44,273 nucleotides of DNA from Nitrospinota bacterium (lineage in GTDB: Bacteria; Nitrospinota; Nitrospinia; UBA9942). The translations under genes and the position numbers were made by a program. Positions 8,805 to 16,850 of this stretch are shown in pieces (position 1 is the stretch's first letter; each line of letters begins with the position of its first letter). The DNA lies in the NCBI GenBank assembly GCA_016234205.1, contig JACRGN010000086.1, positions 1 to 44,273 of the forward strand. Reading direction: 5' to 3'. The notes beneath the pieces are model-generated. The model saw only the letters and a program-made list of their open reading frames with translations. It did not search any database and was not told the DNA's origin.

Positions 8805-9893
8805 ATGAATCGGATACTGATTGTCAAGCTTAGCTCTATCGGTGATGTTGTTCATGCCCTTCCGGTGCTAAGAACTATCAGGTATAACCTCCCCAATTCA
8901 TACATTGCGTGGATTGTTGAAGAGAAGACAAGGGAAATACTGGAGGGGAACAAAGATGTTGACAGGATTATTACTATAAATACTAAAAAGTGGCGCAAGG
9001 GAATGTCATTGCGAGGCGACCCTGAACTTGATTCAGGGGAAGCAATCCCAGCCATATTCAGAGAACTATTGAATGTTATAAACACACTCAGAAAAGAGAG
9101 ATTTGATACCGCAATAGACCTTCAGGGGCTTATCAAGAGCGGTGTTATTTCATATTTAAGCAGGGCAAAGACCCGAATTGGATTTGATTCAGGAAATTGC
9201 AGGGAATCTTTAAACATCCTATTTACAAATAAAAAGGTCTCTCCTGAAAAGGAAGACAGCCATGTAGTTGATAAAAATTTAAGCCTCCTTAAGCCTTTCG
9301 GTTTTAAGGAAATTAAAAGAGATTTTTTTATAAGTCCTTCACCGAAAGATGACAAATATGTAAATGATTTTCTCTTGAAAAGCAGGATAAATGGAAAGCC
9401 CATTATTGCAGTCAATTTAGGTGCAGGCTGGAAGACAAAGGAATGGGGCATAAAAAATTACGCCGGACTGTGCGACCGTATCATTTCAGAAATTGGTGCT
9501 AATATTATTCTTACATGGGGACCCGGCGAGGAGAATATGGTAAAGGGTATTATGGATTTAATGGCATATAAGCCCTTCGTCGCACCACCTACTACATTGA
9601 AACAGCTTGTTGCACTCTTAAGAAGATGTGAACTTTTTATAGGCGGGGATACAGGACCTCTCCATATAGCCGCGGCACTGAAAATACCAACTGTTGCAAT
9701 TTATGGCCCTTCTGACCCATTAAGAAATGGCCCTTATGGAGATAATCATTTTATAATACATAAGAAAATTGAGTGCAGTGGATGCTACAAGAGAAGTTGT
9801 GATACAATTGAGTGCATGAAAATAATTTCAATAGATGATGTTTTCTCGGCAGTTACTAAACAAGTATCAAGTATCAGAGTATCAAAGTATTAA
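8805..9893 (+). CDS. GT9 family LPS heptosyltransferase (WaaC/WaaF-like)
   Basis: ILIVKLSSIGDVVHALPVLRTIR and GGDTGPLHIAAAL motifs. The track ORF starts at GTG 8790; ATG 8805 is the more likely start. Carries an in-frame repeat insertion at 9005-9048. Confidence 0.8.
   Translation: MNRILIVKLSSIGDVVHALPVLRTIRYNLPNSYIAWIVEEKTREILEGNKDVDRIITINTKKWRKGMSLRGDPELDSGEAIPAIFRELLNVINTLRKERFDTAIDLQGLIKSGVISYLSRAKTRIGFDSGNCRESLNILFTNKKVSPEKEDSHVVDKNLSLLKPFGFKEIKRDFFISPSPKDDKYVNDFLLKSRINGKPIIAVNLGAGWKTKEWGIKNYAGLCDRIISEIGANIILTWGPGEENMVKGIMDLMAYKPFVAPPTTLKQLVALLRRCELFIGGDTGPLHIAAALKIPTVAIYGPSDPLRNGPYGDNHFIIHKKIECSGCYKRSCDTIECMKIISIDDVFSAVTKQVSSIRVSKY
9005..9048. repeat. Half CATTGCGAG element inside the heptosyltransferase CDS
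   Basis: GTCATTGCGAGGCGACCCTGAACTTGATTCAGGGGAAGCAATCC, translated in frame as SLRGDPELDSGEAIP. Confidence 0.8.
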
Positions 9894-9930
9894 GACTTTG
9901 ACTCTTTGATACTTTGTATCTTTGACACTT
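9862..9930. repeat. Word palindrome (GTATCAAAG words) spanning the heptosyltransferase stop codon
   Basis: AAGTATCAAGTATCAGAGTATCAAAGTAT ... CTTTGACTCTTTGATACTTTGTATCTTTGACACTT, then TTT. Confidence 0.9.
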
Positions 9931-9949
9931 TTTAAAAGGAGGAGGAATT

Positions 9950-10141
9950 ATGCCAATAGATAAGGAACTTTTGGATATCTTAGCATGCCCCAAATGTAAA
10001 GGGGATATATATCTTACCCATGATGGAAATGGGCTCATCTGTAAAGCCTGTAAGCTTATGTATGAGATTAAGGATGATATACCAATAATGCTGATTGATG
10101 AGGCAGTAAAACTTGATGAGAATCTTAATCCGATAAAGTAA
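9950..10141 (+). CDS. Trm112/UPF0434 family small zinc-ribbon protein
   Basis: 63 aa with LLDILACPKCKGDL...CKAC..YEIKDDIPIML. A strong SD (AAGGAGGAGG) lies upstream. Confidence 0.8.
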   Translation: MPIDKELLDILACPKCKGDIYLTHDGNGLICKACKLMYEIKDDIPIMLIDEAVKLDENLNPIK

Positions 10142-10154
10142 CAACAATCTAAAA

Positions 10155-10216
10155 GTGTCAGTGTCAGTGTCAGTGTCAGTATTTTTTTCTGACACTGACA
10201 CTATTCACTGACACTG
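10155..10216. repeat. Word palindrome (GTGTCA words)
   Basis: (GTGTCA)x4 + GT ... TGACACTGACACTATTCACTGACACTG. Confidence 0.9.
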
Positions 10217-10230
10217 CTTTATAATTTCCT

Positions 10231-11862
10231 ATGTCTTTTATGAAAAAAGAAAGCGGAAATATCCAATCCCTCAACTCCTTTTTTGGTGAAGGGACATTTA
10301 TGAAGGGAGTTTTAAAATTTAGCGGGGCGCTCCGTTTTGATGGCAAATTTGAGGGAGAGATAATAACTAACGATACCTTCATAATTGGGAAGACAGGGGT
10401 AATAAATGCAAACATATCAACGGGCACTCTTTTAAATTCAGGTGAAGTTACTGGAAATGTATCGGCAAATCATAAAATAGCTATTCATTTGGAGGGGAAA
10501 CTCCTCGGCAATATAAAGACACCAATATTATACATACAAGAAGGGGCGCAATTTGATGGAAACTGCGAGATGCACAGGGAAAGGAAAGAAAGAGCAGCAG
10601 CAACAGGTCAGTTACCCTTTGAGAAAAAGAGAGGTTACTTACAATCTATAAGGATAGATAAAAAACGGATAAAAATTACTGCAGGAGTTTTGGCAGGCTT
10701 ATTAATTATATTTGCCTTGTATAATCTTAGGGGTAATTTGAATATCAGAGATAAATTTAAGAGCTTGATAAAGCGAGAAGACCCTTCAGAACTTATTCAG
10801 AAGGGTCTATCACTAAAAGAGAGCGGCAGGACAGATGAGGCAATAGCAACATTTAAGAGATTGGCAGAGTTGAATTCACAGGACACTGAGATGCATCTGT
10901 CAACTGCACAGGCATTTACAGAGATGGGATTAGAAGATGAATCTATATCAGAATACGAAAAGGCTATAAATCTTAACCCTGAAAATTTAGAGCCATATCA
11001 CAAACTGCTTCAGTTATATACAAAAAAAGAGATGGATGATGGTGCAATTGCCACACTAAAAAGAATTATAGAGAGGGATAACAAAAATTTAAAGATGCAT
11101 CTTGATTTAGCGGCTCTGTATGAGAAAAAGAATATGTTGAATGATGCATATCGGGAATATAAAAGTATAATAGCCCTTGCACCTGACCACGAAGAGAGTA
11201 TTTACAATCTCGGTGTAATAAGCCTTTCTAAGGGATTGGATGCTGAGGCAGTTGAAATGTTTAAGAGGGTCATAAAAATCAATGATAAAAACATAGAAGG
11301 GCATCTGAATCTGGCCAATATTTATTACGAAAAAGGATTAGATGGTGAGGCATTAAATGAATATAAAAAAGTAGAAGAGATTGACACCCAGCATCCTGAA
11401 TCATCCAATAATAAGGGTTTTAACGCCATTAGTTTAGAGAAATTAGATACAGCGGCAGCAGAATTCAATAAAGTTATAAGAGCTGATGAAAAAAATGTGA
11501 GGGCTCACCTTGGGCTTGCCATAATATATGGACGGAAAGGGGCTAATGATAAGGCAATTCAGGAATGCAAGAAGGCAATTGAAATATCACCGCACCATGC
11601 ACCTGTCTTGAATAGACTGGCATGGTTATATGCAAAACAGAATATAAATATAGATGAGGGTATTAAATTATCAAGAGAGGCAATCCAGATAAATTCAAAC
11701 TCGCCTGAATATTTGGATACCCTGTCAGAGCTCTATTATATAAAGGGGGAGTTTGATAATGCCATTGAGACCATAAATAAGGCGATAGGTTTAAAGTCTG
11801 AAGATATTTATTACAAAAAACAGCTAAAGAAATTTACTGCAGCAAAAAGAACAAAAACCTAA
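10231..11862 (+). CDS. Bactofilin-domain / TM helix / TPR-repeat fusion protein
   Basis: The N-terminal ~110 aa match the bactofilin (DUF583/CcmA) pattern FMKGVLKFSGALRFDGKFEGEI..IGKTGVINANI..G.V.GNV. TM segment ITAGVLAGLLIIFALY, then about 9 TPR units. Confidence 0.65.
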   Translation: MSFMKKESGNIQSLNSFFGEGTFMKGVLKFSGALRFDGKFEGEIITNDTFIIGKTGVINANISTGTLLNSGEVTGNVSANHKIAIHLEGKLLGNIKTPILYIQEGAQFDGNCEMHRERKERAAATGQLPFEKKRGYLQSIRIDKKRIKITAGVLAGLLIIFALYNLRGNLNIRDKFKSLIKREDPSELIQKGLSLKESGRTDEAIATFKRLAELNSQDTEMHLSTAQAFTEMGLEDESISEYEKAINLNPENLEPYHKLLQLYTKKEMDDGAIATLKRIIERDNKNLKMHLDLAALYEKKNMLNDAYREYKSIIALAPDHEESIYNLGVISLSKGLDAEAVEMFKRVIKINDKNIEGHLNLANIYYEKGLDGEALNEYKKVEEIDTQHPESSNNKGFNAISLEKLDTAAAEFNKVIRADEKNVRAHLGLAIIYGRKGANDKAIQECKKAIEISPHHAPVLNRLAWLYAKQNINIDEGIKLSREAIQINSNSPEYLDTLSELYYIKGEFDNAIETINKAIGLKSEDIYYKKQLKKFTAAKRTKT

Positions 11863-11866
11863 CTGA

Positions 11867-11961
11867 AACCACAGATTACACAGATTAACACAGATTTTAA
11901 AATCTTATTCTTATCCATTTCTCCTCGTTATCTTGTGTCAATCTTGTGAAATCTTGTGGTT
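11867..11961. repeat. Word palindrome (CACAGATTA words), imperfect
   Basis: AACCACAGATTACACAGATTAACACAGATT ... TATCTTGTGTCAATCTTGTGAAATCTTGTGGTT. Confidence 0.8.
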
Positions 11962-12003
11962 ACTCTTATAATTCCCTACACATTGCAAAAAAATAAATCC
12001 AAA

Positions 12004-12021
12004 AAATGCATGAAAGCATTT
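12004..12021 (-). terminator. Probable terminator after the minus-strand lipoprotein gene
   Basis: Minus strand AAATGC-TTTCAT-GCATTT followed by a T-rich tract (TTTGGATTTATTTTTTT). Confidence 0.45.
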
Positions 12022-12041
12022 GTTCATTATTTGGGATAAAA

Positions 12042-12749
12042 TTATTTTATGGGGAAACTCTGAAGGGCATCCTCAATACCGATTGACAAAAGCTGATCCA
12101 CTGTCTGCCAGCTTCCACCGCCACGGAGGAAATTTTTTATATTAAGCACATTTTCAGAAAGTGCTTCCTGTGTCTTATCAAATCTGATTTTCCATAAAAT
12201 ATCGCCTGACTTTACATCTACCAAAACTGCGGTAAATGCAGCAGAGGCAGGCTTGTTTACTGCCCACGATGTACCATCTCTCTCCTCATAACGTAATACA
12301 ACACCCATCAAGACCGCATCTGCATTGATGGTATCACCAAAACTTTTCCCAAGAGAAATATTATAAGTATCTAAGAGATTTTTATCCATAGATTCATATA
12401 TAAGATTCACATCTGTTTCAGAGATTAATTTTATAGCCTTATTACTTAATAAACCATGATAAACCAATGACGCAACATTCATACCCGAATCAGGTTCTAC
12501 TTTCCCCCTTTTGAAGGTCTGGCCTGTTAAATGGCATATTACAGCACCATTTTCAGGAGGGTTGAGACTGCCGGTTCTGAAAGGGAGGACGGCAATACTT
12601 CTGATTGAAATAGTATCAGGTCGGGCAGAGTACAGAATGACTACACCCGAATGCGGTTTGAAACTCTGGCATGAACTTAAATATAAAATACAAAAAGCAA
12701 AAATTACTGAATTTAATATTATCCTTTGAAACTTATTTTCTATTTTCAT
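12042..12749 (-). CDS. Lipoprotein of unknown function (TolB-N/CsgG/LpoB-like pattern)
   Basis: Lipobox YLSSC. IAVLPFRTGS...ADAVLMGVVLRYEE pattern. Overlaps the upstream glutaredoxin-like gene by 17 nt. Confidence 0.4.
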   Translation of the reverse strand: MKIENKFQRIILNSVIFAFCILYLSSCQSFKPHSGVVILYSARPDTISIRSIAVLPFRTGSLNPPENGAVICHLTGQTFKRGKVEPDSGMNVASLVYHGLLSNKAIKLISETDVNLIYESMDKNLLDTYNISLGKSFGDTINADAVLMGVVLRYEERDGTSWAVNKPASAAFTAVLVDVKSGDILWKIRFDKTQEALSENVLNIKNFLRGGGSWQTVDQLLSIGIEDALQSFPIK

Positions 12750-13011
12750 TTGAATTTATTTGATTATTCAGTTTATCAAGTTTTTTCCTCAGGGTAATCT
12801 CATGAACCTTATAGACAAATTCCCTCTTTTTGTTTATGAAAATTACCGGTATAGACTCTTTATACTCGCTGTAAACCTTTTCGTCTTTGGTAATGTCAAT
12901 TTCAGTAATCCTTAAAGGGTAATCTCTGGCAACACTTTTCAGCACATCCTTTGCAGATTCACAAAGGTGGCAATCATCTTTTGTATATATCTCTATATCT
13001 ATTAAACTCAT
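12733..13011 (-). CDS. Glutaredoxin-like thioredoxin-fold protein
   Basis: 92 aa with an N-terminal beta-strand followed by CHLC (CxxC) and a ...IPVIFI... cis-Pro region. Confidence 0.65.
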   Translation of the reverse strand: MSLIDIEIYTKDDCHLCESAKDVLKSVARDYPLRITEIDITKDEKVYSEYKESIPVIFINKKREFVYKVHEITLRKKLDKLNNQINSNENRK

Positions 13012-13053
13012 CAGGCTATTGACAGATTCAACATCAGGTATTATATTATAGTT

Positions 13054-13211
13054 GAGCCATTAAGAGTTTGGGCAAACAAGGGAAAGGACGGATGAACCGA
13101 TCCTGTGTTAAGACCCAGATATGAGTGAGACAGTCATTAAATGGCTCAAGGCCCCGAACTTTTCGCGGTAGGTTGAGTGGTTAGGGTTTTAAAGTTCGGG
13201 GTTATTTTTTT
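13054..13211 (+). ncRNA. Candidate stand-alone small RNA (~155 nt) between convergent/divergent genes
   Basis: TTGACA 13019-13024, a 17-nt spacer and TATATT 13042-13047. Closing helix GAGCCATTAA...TTAAATGGCTC, inner helices, then hairpin CCCCGAACTTT(13152)...AAAGTTCGGGG(13201) plus a T7 run. No ORF. Confidence 0.35.
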
Positions 13212-13552
13212 AATATATTCTTACCATCAAGTTTGATAACCTTTGGCTTAATAACCCTTGCCTCGTCCTCATCCATTATTGCATAAGATGCAACGATTAT
13301 CAGATCGCCTATTGTCACAAGGCGGGCAGCAGCACCGTTTACACTTATAATTCCGCTGCCGGCTTTACCCTCTATAGCATAAGTCTCAAACCTATTCCCA
13401 TTATTTATATCATAGACCTGAACCTGTTCAAAGGGTAATATGTCTACAGCCTTGAGGAATTCACTGTCTATTTCAATACTCCCCTCATAATTTATATTGG
13501 CATCGGTAACCTGTGCCCTGTGAATTTTTGCCTTGAGCATTATTCTTTTCAT
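13202..13552 (-). CDS. panD: Aspartate 1-decarboxylase
   Basis: [25 protein letters not shown], including the self-processing G-S site. Confidence 0.92.
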   Translation of the reverse strand: MKRIMLKAKIHRAQVTDANINYEGSIEIDSEFLKAVDILPFEQVQVYDINNGNRFETYAIEGKAGSGIISVNGAAARLVTIGDLIIVASYAIMDEDEARVIKPKVIKLDGKNILKK

Positions 13553-13563
13553 AATATTAGCTG

Positions 13564-13613
13564 ATTACACAGATTTAATCTATGTAATCTTGTCTTTTAA
13601 TCGGTGTAATCTA
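13564..13613. repeat. CACAGAT-type palindrome between panC and panD
   Basis: GATTACACAGATT/AATCTATGTAATC with no loop, plus an extra AATCGGTGTAATC copy. Confidence 0.8.
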
Positions 13614-14465
13614 TATTTCTTTCACCTCCACTATACAATTATCTATAAGACGGGCATTCCCTATCCTGACAGCTATGGCTATCAGTGCCCTGTCGTTAAT
13701 TATTTTCACATTCTCCAGTGTGTCAGGGTCACAGATAGAGATATAATCTATGTTTATACCCTCTTCGTTCTTAATGACCCTTTCCATTTCTGTTATTATC
13801 TTTTTGGATATCCTCTCGCTGTCCTTTACCATCTCCTGAGATATCTTAAGTGCCTTATATATAGCAGCAGCGGATACTATCTCCTTTTGATTTAAATATC
13901 TATTCCTTGAACTCATCGCAATTCCATTTCCCTCTCTTATTGTTGGCATATTTATAATCTCAATATCTAAATTTAAGTCTCTTGCCATCCTTCTTATAAC
14001 CAACAACTGTTGATAGTCTTTTTCCCCAAAATACGCCTTGTGAGGTTTAATAATATTAAAGAGCTTTAATACAACTGTTGCAACCCCTTTAAAGTGACCT
14101 AATCTAAACTTACCGCATAGGAGTTCTGTAATGTCTTCTACATTTACAAAAGTCTTATACCCTTCCGGGTACATCTCATCCGTTGACGGCAAAAATAAAT
14201 AATCAATTCCACTATCAGATGCTGTTGTCTTATCTTTTTCTATATCCCTTGGATAACTGTGGTAGTCCTCTCCAGCAGTAAACTGGGTTGGATTTACAAA
14301 TATTGAGAGTATAACTACATCATTATCCTTTTTTGCCTTCTCTATAAGGGAAGTATGCCCCTTATGAAGTGCACCCATTGTCGGGACAAAACCGATACTC
14401 TTCCTCTTATTTCTTAAATCCAGAGATGCCTTGTGCATTTCTACAATTGATCCGATTACTTTCAT
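13611..14465 (-). CDS. panC: Pantoate--beta-alanine ligase
   Basis: GFVPTMGALHKGH (HxGH) motif. The true start is probably ATG 14465 (MKVIGSIVEMH...). The 40 upstream codons of the track ORF are translated repeat DNA. Confidence 0.9.
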   Translation of the reverse strand: MKVIGSIVEMHKASLDLRNKRKSIGFVPTMGALHKGHTSLIEKAKKDNDVVILSIFVNPTQFTAGEDYHSYPRDIEKDKTTASDSGIDYLFLPSTDEMYPEGYKTFVNVEDITELLCGKFRLGHFKGVATVVLKLFNIIKPHKAYFGEKDYQQLLVIRRMARDLNLDIEIINMPTIREGNGIAMSSRNRYLNQKEIVSAAAIYKALKISQEMVKDSERISKKIITEMERVIKNEEGINIDYISICDPDTLENVKIINDRALIAIAVRIGNARLIDNCIVEVKEI

Positions 14466-14473
14466 GTAATTAT

Positions 14474-14643
14474 TAGCCACAGAGTTCACAGAGAATGCAG
14501 AGGAAAACAATAAGGAGAAATGGGGAAATTTGAGAAAGGGGGAATGGGAAAAATATTTTATTTTCCCTTTTCTCCATCTCTCCATCTTCTCCCTTTCTCC
14601 TTAATCTTTTTTGTTTTTGTCTTTCTCTGTGCCTCTGTGTCTA
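14474..14643. repeat. Two-layer nested word palindrome between panB and panC
   Basis: Outer arms TAGCCACAGAGTTCACAGAGAATGCAGAGG / CTTTCTCTGTGCCTCTGTGTCTA. Inner arms AAGGAGAAATGGGGAAATTTGAGAAAGGGGGAATGGGAAAA / TTTTCCCTTTTCTCCATCTCTCCATCTTCTCCCTTTCTCCTT. Confidence 0.9.
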
Positions 14644-14644
14644 A

Positions 14645-15496
14645 TTAAGTTTTTGTTCCTTTCTGAACAGGGCGGAGATGTCTCTCTTCCATAAAATAGC
14701 TGTGGTCATCTGTAGGAAAATTCCCATCTGCCACATCCTTAATATATTCCTTTACCGCATTTTTAATAATCTCTCCTCCCTCTACATATCTCTTCACAAA
14801 TTTCGGTTTAAATTCCCCTGACAACCCAATAATGTCGTGAATAACCATAACCTGCCCGTCACAGAACTGCCCTGCACCAATCCCAATAGTGGGTATTTTT
14901 ACTTTCTGTGTTATCTCTTTAGCCAATTCAAGCGGTATCCCCTCAAGCACAATTGAAAATGCCCCTGCATCTTCCAAAGCCTTTGCATCCTCAATTATAT
15001 CCCTTGCCTGTATAGATTTTCTGCCCTGAACCTTATATCCGCCAAACTTATGTATTGACTGTGGTGTAAGCCCTATATGCCCCATGACAGGTATACCTAC
15101 CTCCGCAATAGCATTTACAATCTCCTGCATGGCAATCCCGCCCTCTAATTTTACTGCCTCTGCCCCACCCTCTTTTATCAGCCTGCCTGCGTTTTTTAGT
15201 GCATCATCAATAGAGACCTGATAGGACATGAAAGGCATATCTGCAACAAGAAGGGCACTCTTAACCCCCCTCTTCACAGCCTTTGTGTGATATATAATAT
15301 CTTCAAGAGTCACAGGGAGGGTATTTTCATAACCGAGGACAGTCATCCCGAGTGAATCACCGACCAAAATGATATCTATACCTGCCTCATCTATAAGCTT
15401 TGCAAATGGATAATCATAGGCAGTCAGGGCGGCAATCTTTTTCCCCTCAGACTTCATTTTCTGTATGTCAATAATCGTGACCTTGTTCTTTTCCAT
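14645..15496 (-). CDS. panB: 3-methyl-2-oxobutanoate hydroxymethyltransferase
   Basis: LTAYDYPFAKLIDEAGIDIILVGDSLGM motif. SD GGGAGG lies 8 nt upstream of ATG 15496; ATG 15502 is too close to the SD. Confidence 0.9.
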   Translation of the reverse strand: MEKNKVTIIDIQKMKSEGKKIAALTAYDYPFAKLIDEAGIDIILVGDSLGMTVLGYENTLPVTLEDIIYHTKAVKRGVKSALLVADMPFMSYQVSIDDALKNAGRLIKEGGAEAVKLEGGIAMQEIVNAIAEVGIPVMGHIGLTPQSIHKFGGYKVQGRKSIQARDIIEDAKALEDAGAFSIVLEGIPLELAKEITQKVKIPTIGIGAGQFCDGQVMVIHDIIGLSGEFKPKFVKRYVEGGEIIKNAVKEYIKDVADGNFPTDDHSYFMEERHLRPVQKGTKT

Positions 15497-15502
15497 TACC
15501 AT

Positions 15503-15687
15503 TACCTCCCAAAATAAAAAAGCCTTCTGAACTGGTTCAGAAGGCTTAACTTTCCATAGTAACAGTTGGGGTTAACCCCTACCACGGCATTAATAAATTA
15601 ACGGCTAACCTGTAACTTAGAGCCTTTATTAAGGTCTCCTGTTACTATCTGCTGATACAACCGAAAATACCTTCCATCCCGGTCCAG
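15503..15687 (-). promoter_or_regulatory. 185-nt structured leader upstream of panB (possible riboswitch or attenuator)
   Basis: On the minus strand: a 10-bp helix ATAGTAACAG/CTGTTACTAT encloses sub-hairpins (GGGGTTAACCCC). A terminator hairpin plus U-run follows, ending about 10 nt before the panB SD. Confidence 0.4.
15511..15546 (-). terminator. Intrinsic terminator immediately upstream of the panB SD
   Basis: Minus strand AGCCTTCTGAAC-CA-GTTCAGAAGGCT (12-nt perfect arms) followed by TTTTTTATTTT. Confidence 0.7.
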
Positions 15688-16335
15688 TTAAATGGATCCA
15701 AGTGGCGAATAATATTCTCTACCTTTTTTATGTGATAAAATCTTTTTAATTAAATCCTTTAAATCCTCTTTTCTCTCAATAAAATTAATCTCGTTAGCAT
15801 TCACAATCAAAATCGGCGATTGGGTATAATGAAAAAAATAGTTATTGAATGCCTTATTTACCCCATCAAGATACTCGTCACTGATATTTTTTTCAATAAC
15901 CCTGCCCCGCATGTTTATCCTTTTCTTCAGTGTATCAATATCAGCCTGCAGGTATATGAGCAAATCCGGCTTCGGGATTTTATGCCTCAATATGGAATAT
16001 ACATCCTCATAAAGCCTGATCTCATCATCATTAAGATTAATATACGCAAATATTCTGTTCCTGTCAAATATATAATCAGTAATTGTAACCCTGTTGAATA
16101 GGTTATACTGTGAAAGGCTCATCTGCTGCCTGTATCTGCTCAGCAGGAAAAACATCTCGGCCTGGAAGGCATATCTCTCCCGGTTTTTATAGAATCCTTC
16201 AAGGAATGGGTTGTCTTCAACAGTTTCTAACACTGTATGTGCATTGAAATATTCACCGAGCAGCTGCACAAGGCTGGTCTTCCCAACACCTATTGGGCCT
16301 TCAATAGCGATATATCGGGCTTTATCCAATTCCAT
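15688..16335 (-). CDS. Deoxynucleoside kinase (dCK/dGK family)
   Basis: P-loop IAIEGPIGVGKTSL. The ERYAFQ, DRS-like region and overall length are typical of the family. Confidence 0.75.
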   Translation of the reverse strand: MELDKARYIAIEGPIGVGKTSLVQLLGEYFNAHTVLETVEDNPFLEGFYKNRERYAFQAEMFFLLSRYRQQMSLSQYNLFNRVTITDYIFDRNRIFAYINLNDDEIRLYEDVYSILRHKIPKPDLLIYLQADIDTLKKRINMRGRVIEKNISDEYLDGVNKAFNNYFFHYTQSPILIVNANEINFIERKEDLKDLIKKILSHKKGREYYSPLGSI

Positions 16336-16820
16336 AGAGGCTCTACTTTCTGCTCTTCACCGACTTCATTTAACAGCAAACTAACACTCTTTTTTATAAC
16401 AGGATGGATGAGATTTTCATCTATCTCAGACAGAGGTTCAAGGACAAACCTCCTCTCATGCATCCTCGGATGGGGAATTTTTAATTTATCATCATCTATT
16501 ATCAAATTGTTGAATATAAGGATATCAAGGTCAATTGTCCTCGGGCCATGTCTTATATCCCTTTTTCTCCCCAATCTTTTTTCCACATCCTGCAAATCAG
16601 ACAATAGAGAATAAGGTGTCAGGTCAGTCTCAATTTTTACCACACAATTTACAAACCAGTCCTGCTTAATATGACCGATCGGCTCGGCTCTGTAAAGAGA
16701 AGAAACCGCCACTATTCTATTACCTTTTATCAATCCTATCTCTTTTACGGCTTTTATGCAATTATCTATCGCATCACCAACATTAGAACCTATACCAATA
16801 AAGACAGGATAGCCAGACAT
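16290..16820 (-). CDS. folK: 2-amino-4-hydroxy-6-hydroxymethyldihydropteridine diphosphokinase (HPPK)
   Basis: VFIGIGSNVGD...SSLYRAEPIG...DLDILIF...IPHPRMHERRFVLEPL. Confidence 0.88.
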   Translation of the reverse strand: MSGYPVFIGIGSNVGDAIDNCIKAVKEIGLIKGNRIVAVSSLYRAEPIGHIKQDWFVNCVVKIETDLTPYSLLSDLQDVEKRLGRKRDIRHGPRTIDLDILIFNNLIIDDDKLKIPHPRMHERRFVLEPLSEIDENLIHPVIKKSVSLLLNEVGEEQKVEPLWNWIKPDISLLKAQ

Positions 16821-16850
16821 AATAAAAATTCCCCATACATGGGGGGAATA

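Noticed and set aside
13075-13110. tRNA-like T-arm (GGATCGGTTCATCCGTCC on the minus strand), and SRP/6S identity for the 13.05-13.21 kb RNA candidate
   Set aside because: No acceptor, D or anticodon arms can be drawn. The conserved SRP domain IV sequence (GGAA tetraloop with AGCAGCC) is absent. A 6S-type central bubble cannot be established by eye. It is kept only as an unclassified sRNA candidate.
14466-14585. 40-codon N-terminal extension of panC
   Set aside because: It is encoded by the nested GGAGAAA/CACAGAG palindrome. PanC homology starts at MKVIGS (ATG 14465).
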